Virus record (IMG/VR): IMGVR_UViG_3300033182_000538
Coordinates: 102,989 to 166,988 of that record
DNA from: a virus
Length of the DNA stretch: 64,000 nucleotides
Reading direction: 5' to 3' (one strand)
How positions within the stretch are numbered: position 1 is the stretch's first letter; the number at the start of each line of letters is the position of its first letter. Made by a program: the position numbers and the translations under genes. Below the pieces are notes generated by a model. The model made no database searches. It saw nothing but the letters and a program-made list of their open reading frames with translations, and was not told where the DNA came from. Positions 57,401 through 64,000 of the stretch are shown piece by piece.

Positions 57401-59066
57401 CCGATGATGAAATCGTACCATCTGGAATAGAACTACCACCCGACCCAAATCCAGCAGTTGCCGCTGATGCGGATACAGCCGTTGTAAAGTGAGTAGATGA
57501 TGTATCTAATGTTAGTGTAGCGTCTCCGCTACTTGCACCACCTTCAAGACCAAGACCTGCGTTTACAGCGGTAATATCACCAGAACCACCACCTGATAAA
57601 GCTTCGGCAAGAGATGCCGAGACATTAGGGAATCCTGTGATACCCAATCCGCCTGTAATTTCTACTTTTAGGTCAGTACCACCATCGCCAGTTTGCATTC
57701 TAATTCGTTGGAGGTTACTGCCACTATCATAATATTCAAATACTTTAGTACCACCATTATTAGCTATACTAACACCACCCACACCATCACTTCCACCAGC
57801 ACCAACACTACTCTTACCTCTAAGAGATAATTGACCGCCTGTTTTTGTAAAGGTTATGTGTTGATATCCATCAGCCGCCATCCCAAACCCTTTAGTAGGG
57901 AAGACTATATTGTTTCGGGTTGTGGATACATTATCCTCACCAAATGCTGTGATTCTACCATCTACGCGTAAGCTACCTGTTATTTCAGCTGAACCTGTAT
58001 GTGGGAATGCGTTTCCTGCCCCACCACTACCAAATCCAGCTTCTGCAACCGAGCGAGATACCTCAGTATCAAAGTTTGTGATACTTGAAGTTGTAATTGG
58101 AAGTATTTGGTCTGAGCTTGAAATAATACCTGCAGCTAAACCTGCAATAGCAGTTGCTGAAAGTGAACCTGAAATATCATCTGCAATTTGAGCTGATGAA
58201 CTTAATATGTTTGAAGGAACATCTGAAATATTATTATATGATACTTGAGCAGAAGCACTTATAGTGCCATTTGGTAAATTTGCTATTGTTTGTGCCGAAC
58301 TCGATACAAGTCCACTTGGTACATTAGTTAGACTATTGAAGTCATTTGTTCCACCACCACTACCAAATCCAGCTTCTGCAACCGAGCGAGATACCTCAGT
58401 ATCAAAGTTTGTGATACTTGAAGTTGTAATTGGAAGTATTTGGTCTGAGCTTGATACAAGACCACTTGGTAATTGTTCAGATGAACTTAGAATACCACTT
58501 GGTACGTTGGTAAGGTTGTCATAATCAATAGAACCTGTTAAAGATGTTGCGTGTAATGAACCTGTTACTTGTAAATCTGCATTTACAAAATAGTAATCAG
58601 ACCCAGTAGACCAAATAGATGAACCACCTCCACCACCTCCACCAGCAAGTGATGAAAGGTCAACTGAATTACCATCTGAAATAGTAAGATTATTGTTTAC
58701 TGAATTAAAACTTAGTGTTTGTGAATCTGAGCCAGTACTATCAGTTGCGTTTTCTAATGTAGTTAATCTCGAAGAAACCGAACCCGAATCGGTTGGGTAA
58801 GTTACTTCTCTAAATCTATTATTAGCTGTTATAGAGTTTTTTTGGAACGCAGAAATTACGTTTGGTTTATTTGCTATTTGAGTATAACTTATCTGAGCTG
58901 ATGATGATATTAATCCCGTACCATCATAACTAACTTGGTCAGATGATGAAATAACACCACTTGGTAAATTAGCTATAATCTGCGCAGATGATGAAATAAC
59001 ACCATTTGATGCGGTAATTTCTCCAAAAAATGACCCACTAAATGAACCTGTATAGTCAAATGACAT
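54480..59066 (-). CDS. Large Ser/Gly/Thr-rich virion protein with cadherin-like repeats
   Basis: N-terminal LPSGxxSSSxQ repeats and cadherin-type motifs (E...GSSVGTVVASDAEG, LDYE, ENSSNGANAGTISATDPE). Confidence 0.7.
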   Translation of the reverse strand: MSFDYTGSFSGSFFGEITASNGVISSSAQIIANLPSGVISSSDQVSYDGTGLISSSAQISYTQIANKPNVISAFQKNSITANNRFREVTYPTDSGSVSSRLTTLENATDSTGSDSQTLSFNSVNNNLTISDGNSVDLSSLAGGGGGGGSSIWSTGSDYYFVNADLQVTGSLHATSLTGSIDYDNLTNVPSGILSSSEQLPSGLVSSSDQILPITTSSITNFDTEVSRSVAEAGFGSGGGTNDFNSLTNVPSGLVSSSAQTIANLPNGTISASAQVSYNNISDVPSNILSSSAQIADDISGSLSATAIAGLAAGIISSSDQILPITTSSITNFDTEVSRSVAEAGFGSGGAGNAFPHTGSAEITGSLRVDGRITAFGEDNVSTTRNNIVFPTKGFGMAADGYQHITFTKTGGQLSLRGKSSVGAGGSDGVGGVSIANNGGTKVFEYYDSGSNLQRIRMQTGDGGTDLKVEITGGLGITGFPNVSASLAEALSGGGSGDITAVNAGLGLEGGASSGDATLTLDTSSTHFTTAVSASAATAGFGSGGSSIPDGTISSSAQVISSLPSGTISSSTQVVDSLPNGVVSSSAQVSASAAASGFTGDQVFAGGVDITINSASGLVEISGSEFDGNRTVSNTDLPSGIYNVNFGTSGSLSNFIEKVFFPNTVPSITSHGFTIEEFEVSGSSVGTVVASDAEGQSVTFRTSSAYTDDFFRISSGGAVTLNVKSTASMNTDNTPSSGSHPFLVEAVDTFNGVGSKTIYIRVNPNTAPKWREVSIAGSVITTFTSSLNEDSAAGSNKARVFFTDDESDTITIGTGSLSTDFTNKFSLDIESTYVQLNQLTASLDYEDITQYEFVLTASDQHYEDGDDIESIKYLPFQIAVVDNIGPSVNNQTLSGVNENSSNGANAGTISATDPETNTITFSNFTLQEVNLDGGADIKASLDAGAGDLYNPARDPFQVSSTGVVTRKIGVFLNSDVANNYIYEVTVTDAFNTTTDTGLITIPIADDLAASITDNWDSLHIMESVGENYYVRKENGILGLTGTFAQLTSAGGSVIQRWEVSSTGDMIKASNVTGSATYLQANQNISGSIYTSGSIIALAITASEHSFETTKQYFDYTIKVEPNSAPDIIFTNTSANLNTNGARSGSTLTTISFSDVESDSINHDVFTFTDPSGQLNSKRSGATYLVQATENLSGSTTYAITASIEDTHGFRTNTEEHTFTIAQSTVGTLTGDTNSFIISNAVSGTNLQNVTGEGNGSDSDLNVSYSPSYNSQAVSSFTSSNSAIAVDSNGGLSMNVDVSSTTSGSGDTITTDITFQDQYGNLGSGSVTVNVFAPDTELYGKVYLYDVGFNNAAYNTSVGISSEDSSTPPVATPFSNQGFVDAIINDNKIGSSSFDYTYGSTRTATLLASGSGTNVHDVLRGMGSSGTISRNSSVHFVLIMPSGSQMSGVPTSTRDSYGGSTAGEYVLEVGTDGTTIDGTNTIETSEINQFDLVTSHFGYTTWFMVGAANQVSSTTNINLGLSPSSGSGGV
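58021..58454. repeat. Perfect ~101-bp direct repeat (58021-58121 and 58354-58454)
   Basis: Identical DNA encoding SSDQILPITTSSITNFDTEVSRSVAEAGFGSGG, offset 333 bp. Confidence 0.9.
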
Positions 59067-59129
59067 TAAATACTCCTCACAAACTTGGTTTTAATATATA
59101 ATAAATAGTTGTAGAATCTTAAATCAGTC

Positions 59130-59792
59130 TTATTCATAAGAAAATAACAATTTTAAAACTTCATCTAAAGACTCGTGTCTATGATTATCTTTCAAAACAA
59201 TGTTATAAACATATTCTGATTCTTTTAATTTATGAACTTCGTGTACTGCCGAATCGTTATTGAATTTTAAATCAATTTGTTGAGGGTCTCCACAAAGTAT
59301 CATACGAGAATTCTTACCTAATCTACCCAATACCATAGCTAATTGCTGTTTGGTAAGATTTTGAAACTCATCTACTATAACTATTGAATTATCAAAAGTT
59401 CTTCCACGAAAATGAGATAAGGATACCAACTCAATGGATTCTTCCTTTTCCATCTTTTCTAAAATGTTTGGTTTATTGTAAACCTTTCTCATATTAGAAC
59501 GAATTGGAACTAACCACGGCTCCATCTTTTCTTCTAATGAACCCGGTAAGAATCCATTATCTTCATTTGAGACCGTTGGTCTTGTTATAACAATTTTATC
59601 TACTTCTCTTTTGAAGAACGAATCCAAAGCAATCTGAACCGCTAGTAGCGTTTTACCACTTCCTGCTTTTCCTAAAATAAAATTAAATGGATGTTGTCTG
59701 ATTTCGGTTTTTGCTAATTTTTGTTCTTCCGATAGAGTAATTGAAAATCTGATGTTTCCTTTTGGAACTCTTTTCTCTGTATTTTCAGGCAT
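59130..59792 (-). CDS. phoH: PhoH-family ATPase
   Basis: GKAGSGKT, TRP, GFLPG, RGRTF, DEFQN, GDPQQID. Confidence 0.95.
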   Translation of the reverse strand: MPENTEKRVPKGNIRFSITLSEEQKLAKTEIRQHPFNFILGKAGSGKTLLAVQIALDSFFKREVDKIVITRPTVSNEDNGFLPGSLEEKMEPWLVPIRSNMRKVYNKPNILEKMEKEESIELVSLSHFRGRTFDNSIVIVDEFQNLTKQQLAMVLGRLGKNSRMILCGDPQQIDLKFNNDSAVHEVHKLKESEYVYNIVLKDNHRHESLDEVLKLLFSYE

Positions 59793-59851
59793 ATTGTTAT
59801 ATCCTTTTGTTTTACAAGTCTATGTCTAATATAAATATAAGGATATAAAAT

Positions 59852-59879
59852 AAAAAAGGGTGACCGAAGCCACCCTTTT
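59852..59879 (-). terminator. Rho-independent terminator after the major capsid gene
   Basis: AAAAGGGTGGC-ttcg-GTCACCCTTTTTT. Confidence 0.85.
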
Positions 59880-59901
59880 ATATCATTATGGTTAATTTAG
59901 A

Positions 59902-61494
59902 TTACCCTAAAGTATCCAAACCTGCGCAGTATACTTTACCATAGAACTCACCTCTCACCATTTGCTTAGCGTAACGAGTCATTACACCTTTTCTTGGTTG
60001 GAAGTTAGTTGGGTCGTATACTAACGGAGTCATAATTAACGGAATGTAAGGAGCGTAAACAGCACCAGTTTCAAGGAATTGTGAACCTTTGAAACCTAAT
60101 AAGATTACGTTCTCTTTCATATAAGGATTCTTGTACACTTGGTATCTGTTAGCGAATGAACCTACTTGAGAAACACCCATAGCAAATTGCATTTCGTTAC
60201 CTGTACCAGCAGCAGTAAATCCTGAGATAGATTCTAACACTGTAGCAACATCAGGAGATACTACCATAAAGTTAGCACCACCTCTCATTGTCTTAGAGTG
60301 GATTTGGTTAGAAACTCTTTGTAACACTGTACCAAGAGTCTGGAACCATTGTTGTTGAGTGTATCTAGCAGCAGTACCTGAAGCAGCAAATGCTGAACCA
60401 TTCCACTCATCACCTACTTTAGCAGACCAGTGACCTTCAGTCAACGCATTAGACATTAACATATCTAAGATTTCTAAGTCAATCTCTTGTGAGATGTACT
60501 CTGATAACATAGAAGTTAATTCAGCTTCAGCATCGATTGAGTGGTATGCGTTCAAGTCTTGCGCGAATTCTGGTGTCCACTGTGCTTTTAACTTTCTTGT
60601 CTTAGCAACGATTGGCACACTTCTTAATTCTACGTTCAACTCTGGAATACCTAAGTCAGTACCACCAGAAGTAGTATCTTCGAAATCACCTCTTGTGATA
60701 TCAGTTGGTTGTTTTTGGTAGTTAACTACAATATTAGTAATTGAGTCAGACCCTTCAACAACGAATCTTACATTTGAACCTACAATAGCAGTGTATGCTG
60801 GGAAGTAGTTAGTAATGTTCGAACCTGAAATTTCAAATGCTCTTACACCTTCTGAATCGTAACCTGACAATGAAGATACAGGCACAGACACTGTTCTTAA
60901 AGTAGCATTAGCCATTGAAGCTGAGAACTTAGAATCGTAGTTTACAATACCGAAACCAGCAGCTGAACCTAGGTCGATAGCACCTGATACAGGAGTAGCG
61001 ATAACTGCAGATGAAGTTTCGTTGATTGTGTAACCAAATCTACCAGCACCATAAAGACCTTCTACAGCGTTTGAACCAGTTTCAGTAATACCGAATACTG
61101 AGTCAGTTTGTGAATCTTTACCTGCGCCAGTTTCAAAACCAGGTTGTGCAGTACCATACTTGAAGTCCAAGTAGAATACAAGACCTGATGGTAAGTTCAT
61201 TGGTTGTACAGAAACGAATTCTTTAGCAGCGATTTCGCTGAAAATTCTTCTTACCAATGGTAAAGCTACACCAGCCCACTCTTCTGAGTTTGCAGATGTA
61301 CCAGTTTGTGAAGCCTCTTTTACCAACTCTCTAGCTTGGTTTTCAAGAAGAGTAGCAATAGAGCTTCTTTCGAATTCAGACTCGATACCTTCTAAAAGGC
61401 CAGTCTGTGTCCACTTATCTACCAATCCTTTTGTCTCTTCAGACATTTTTCTTTGGAAACCGGCAGACTCGTTTAATAATGAATTTGTATCCAT
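59902..61494 (-). CDS. Major capsid protein (T4 gp23-like)
   Basis: LLENQ, VQPMNLPSGLVF, TRKLKAQWTPEFAQDLNAYH, YAPYIPL, FQPRKGVMTRY. Confidence 0.96.
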   Translation of the reverse strand: MDTNSLLNESAGFQRKMSEETKGLVDKWTQTGLLEGIESEFERSSIATLLENQARELVKEASQTGTSANSEEWAGVALPLVRRIFSEIAAKEFVSVQPMNLPSGLVFYLDFKYGTAQPGFETGAGKDSQTDSVFGITETGSNAVEGLYGAGRFGYTINETSSAVIATPVSGAIDLGSAAGFGIVNYDSKFSASMANATLRTVSVPVSSLSGYDSEGVRAFEISGSNITNYFPAYTAIVGSNVRFVVEGSDSITNIVVNYQKQPTDITRGDFEDTTSGGTDLGIPELNVELRSVPIVAKTRKLKAQWTPEFAQDLNAYHSIDAEAELTSMLSEYISQEIDLEILDMLMSNALTEGHWSAKVGDEWNGSAFAASGTAARYTQQQWFQTLGTVLQRVSNQIHSKTMRGGANFMVVSPDVATVLESISGFTAAGTGNEMQFAMGVSQVGSFANRYQVYKNPYMKENVILLGFKGSQFLETGAVYAPYIPLIMTPLVYDPTNFQPRKGVMTRYAKQMVRGEFYGKVYCAGLDTLG

Positions 61495-61517
61495 TTTTAT
61501 TTCCTCTATTTTTAATT

Positions 61518-62585
61518 TTACTTAATTAGACCGGCCAATTTCTTAAATCGGTCAGCCACATCATTACCTTCTGAGATTATAGATTTGCTAGGAGCAGTTG
61601 ATGTAGTTGGTTTTGAAGCCAAAGACTCCTTAACAACTGTTTTAGGTTTTCTTGCAACATTTAAGTTTTCACCTAATGTAGCGAATACCAATTTAACTTC
61701 TCTTAAATTAGCAGCTCTATCAAAATTCTCAATAACTTTCATTTTTTGTGACTCATTCAAATCAAAAGTTCTGAATACTTTATTAGTATAAAGAAGTTTA
61801 GCGTTCAAAAGATTTACTTCGTTAATAGTGTTTCTTAAAGATTCGATAGTCTTGTAAGCTTCTTCTAACTCAGCTTCTTTTTCTTCGTTATAACCTTCTT
61901 CTTTTACTTCTTCTTCAGATACTTCTTCTTCTTCAGACATCTCTTTCAAAGTTGAGATGATTTCTTCTAAAGAAAGTTCTTCATCATTCTCTACTTCAGA
62001 TGAATCAGCAGCATCATCACTTGGTTCAGCGTTTTCACCATCACCAATATCAGATGAGTCTAATTCTTCTTCGATAGATTCTTCTTCATCACCTTCTTCA
62101 ACTTCTTCATCTTCTTCTTCGTTCAAAGAAGCTTCAAGTTCAGCGATTACTGATTCAAGGTCGAGTTCATCCTCTTCCTCTTCATCCATCATCTCTTCAA
62201 CTTCTTCTTCTTCGTTGTAAGTTTCTTCAACTTCTTCTTCAGACTCTTCATCGTGCATTTCCTCTTCGTGAGACTCAATTTCATCAGAAGCGATATCTTT
62301 TACCTCTTCTTCTTCATCGTTGTCTAACTCTTCTTCAACCTCTGCTTCTTCTTCAGAAACTTCAGCGTCATCACCTTCGTGTGAATCTTCAGCCGCCATC
62401 ATTTCTTCCATTTCTTCTTCAACTTCATCTTCTTCATCTAACTCTTCAGCTAGTTTGTGAGAAAGCATTGATTGGAGTTTTGGAGTAAAAGCCTCTTCAA
62501 GAGCCATCTTAGCGTTTGCCAATGCAGTTTCTTTAACCGCTTTAGCGTCAGCAATAGCCTCTTTTAATAAATCAGATTTAGCCAT
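61518..62585 (-). CDS. Prohead core/scaffold protein (gp22-like)
   Basis: Extremely Glu-rich coiled coil immediately upstream of the major capsid gene; ends RFKKLAGL. Confidence 0.8.
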   Translation of the reverse strand: MAKSDLLKEAIADAKAVKETALANAKMALEEAFTPKLQSMLSHKLAEELDEEDEVEEEMEEMMAAEDSHEGDDAEVSEEEAEVEEELDNDEEEEVKDIASDEIESHEEEMHDEESEEEVEETYNEEEEVEEMMDEEEEDELDLESVIAELEASLNEEEDEEVEEGDEEESIEEELDSSDIGDGENAEPSDDAADSSEVENDEELSLEEIISTLKEMSEEEEVSEEEVKEEGYNEEKEAELEEAYKTIESLRNTINEVNLLNAKLLYTNKVFRTFDLNESQKMKVIENFDRAANLREVKLVFATLGENLNVARKPKTVVKESLASKPTTSTAPSKSIISEGNDVADRFKKLAGLIK

Positions 62586-62738
62586 TACAAATCTCCTAAA
62601 TTATTGTTTTGGACAGTAAGATTATTGGGAATCTTAATAGTGTGTTACTATTTCGTAAGTGACCACTCATTAGATGGGAGTGGTATTTATTCTACAATAA
62701 GTATATAACAAAAATCAAAAACGATAAAGTGTTTACTA

Positions 62739-62978
62739 TTATTGTTCTTTGATTCTCCTTATGTACTCTCTACGAATCGCATCGTTTCTTTGTTTTCTTC
62801 TACGAGTCGTTGGTTTTGTGTATTCTCTTCGGTCTTTTAGTTCTTGGATAACTCCTGATTCTTTTAGGTTTCTTTTCCAAAAACGTAATGCCGCTTCGAT
62901 ATTTCCATTGATAACCTTAGCTCCCTTAAATACGCCAGGTATAATCATAGATTCTTTTTTTGTTTTTTTTCTTGCCAT
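62739..62978 (-). CDS. rpsU: Phage-encoded 30S ribosomal protein bS21
   Basis: V..GNIEAALRFWKR....SGVIQELKDRREYTKPTTRRRK matches the bS21 signature. Start taken as ATG 62978. Confidence 0.85.
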   Translation of the reverse strand: MARKKTKKESMIIPGVFKGAKVINGNIEAALRFWKRNLKESGVIQELKDRREYTKPTTRRRKQRNDAIRREYIRRIKEQ

Positions 62979-63061
62979 ATAGTGTAGTTTAAAAATAAAA
63001 AACACCTACCACTAATTGCGATAGGTGCTTATAAATATAAAAATAAATTTAATCAAATTAG

Positions 63062-63232
63062 TTATTTTTGAATTCCTTCTGATAAATCATCTAATAGGTC
63101 TTTCATATCTCCGAAAGCTCTACCAAATTCTTTTTGTGTTTTAGCGTCAAGTTTTCTAATGTTCTTAATGTGTTTTTTCACTAATTGTGAAAAGTCAACT
63201 GAAATGTCTTGTAAGATATCTGCTTTGTCCAT
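63062..63232 (-). CDS. Small hypothetical protein (56 aa, missing from the ORF track)
   Basis: MDKADILQDISVDFSQLVKKHIKNIRKLDAK...GIQK*, coupled to the upstream gene by TAATG. Confidence 0.6.
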   Translation of the reverse strand: MDKADILQDISVDFSQLVKKHIKNIRKLDAKTQKEFGRAFGDMKDLLDDLSEGIQK

Positions 63233-64000
63233 TATTTCTTCACCTTACCTTTTTCGATGTCTCTCTGCAATTCCTCGCCAGCACCAAGTACATACATCAT
63301 AGCAGTTTTAATATCAACATTCATATACTTAGAAATTTTTCTAACTGCCATCATTACGATTCTTTTTTCTTCAGTAGTGTATCCTTCTACGATAGAAGTA
63401 AGTTTCATTGATTTGTTACCTTCTACTTCTTCAAAGTAAAGGTCAGACATAATGTCTTTTAGTTTTGGGTTGTTGATATCAAATTTATATTTTTCCAAAG
63501 CTCTTCTTGCTTTCAAAGCGCTCTTTACTGGAATTACAAAGTATCCTTTTTTCTCACCACCCATTTTCTTAGATAACTTAACGGCCTGAATTTTCATTCC
63601 TTGACCCATTACGTTACCATTCTTTGGATTAACAACAGTGTACTTTTCTGATTCGTTTACTACAACTTCCATTAATCCGATTGCTGTATCACCAACAACT
63701 CTTTCAGCACCATCTGCGTATTTGTTATTTAGAATTGCAATCTTAGCTGGCTTATCAATTATATACATTGGTATCATATTAGTACCAAATGAATACTTGA
63801 TTCCATTCTTTTTCAATTCCTTACCAATATCCATAAATGATTTAGCACCTTTTACGATATCAGCAAGTTTGTCTAACATAGCATCGTGCTTACCTTCGTT
63901 TACTGATTCATCTTTTTCAAGTTCATCGTAAATTTCTAATCCTCTTTTCTGAACATATGATTTAGATTGATTTGGTACAAACGGAATTATTCTTGCTAAT
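63232..64000 (-). CDS. C-terminal part of a larger hypothetical (probable internal head) protein
   Basis: The frame stays open upstream of 63879 to the window end. Short domains are separated by VNE/VE motifs. Confidence 0.55.
   Translation of the reverse strand, partial: LARIIPFVPNQSKSYVQKRGLEIYDELEKDESVNEGKHDAMLDKLADIVKGAKSFMDIGKELKKNGIKYSFGTNMIPMYIIDKPAKIAILNNKYADGAERVVGDTAIGLMEVVVNESEKYTVVNPKNGNVMGQGMKIQAVKLSKKMGGEKKGYFVIPVKSALKARRALEKYKFDINNPKLKDIMSDLYFEEVEGNKSMKLTSIVEGYTTEEKRIVMMAVRKISKYMNVDIKTAMMYVLGAGEELQRDIEKGKVKK

Noticed and set aside
18967-63037. Plus-strand TATAAATA as canonical T4 late promoters driving antisense RNA
   Set aside because: Their positions consistently fit minus-strand gene starts, and no plus-strand genes exist. 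Antisense use cannot be fully excluded without RNA data.
1151-63931. All plus-strand ORFs, including 18899-19324 (141 aa) and 21772-22230 (152 aa)
   Set aside because: They are antisense to well-supported genes and have no recognisable motifs.
1-64000. Stop-codon recoding; tRNA or rRNA genes
   Set aside because: Genes are intact and tightly packed in code 11, with TAA, TAG and TGA all used as stops. Intergenic gaps are short and show no cloverleaf.

Overview
This is a 64-kb segment of a large, AT-rich, T4-like contractile-tailed phage genome. Every credible gene is on the minus strand and reads in the standard code. Bases 1-24.9 kb hold replication and nucleotide genes: sliding clamp, PolB, DnaB/gp41 helicase, 5'-3' exonuclease, RecA/UvsX, gp32-like SSB, NrdAB, thioredoxin and a short PolA-like protein. 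A probable DNA/glycan modification cluster is interleaved with them (GT-B glycosyltransferase, two Mom-like GNATs, MazG-like enzyme, 2OG-Fe(II) oxygenase, Glf, GT2-TPR). Bases 24.9-64 kb hold morphogenesis genes (baseplate, tape measure, tube, sheath, neck, fibres, major capsid, scaffold) plus PhoH and a phage-encoded ribosomal protein bS21. Seven TTTG-N19-20-TAnnTT(T/A)G promoters point to a Bacteroidota host. Main candidate system (39.9-50.6 kb): two ~900-residue Lys-rich collagens, each behind a non-splicing N-terminal Hint domain, encoded directly beside a P4H-type dioxygenase, a GT2 and a glycosyltransferase fused to an animal-PLOD-like lysyl hydroxylase. This looks like a phage collagen maturation pathway. 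Second candidate: a bS21-driven translation switch, because strong Shine-Dalgarno sites occur almost only on late structural genes. Other observations are a tail-chaperone frameshift, an inverted-T4 late promoter motif and structured 5' leaders. All calls come from motifs and synteny read by eye; no database searches were run.
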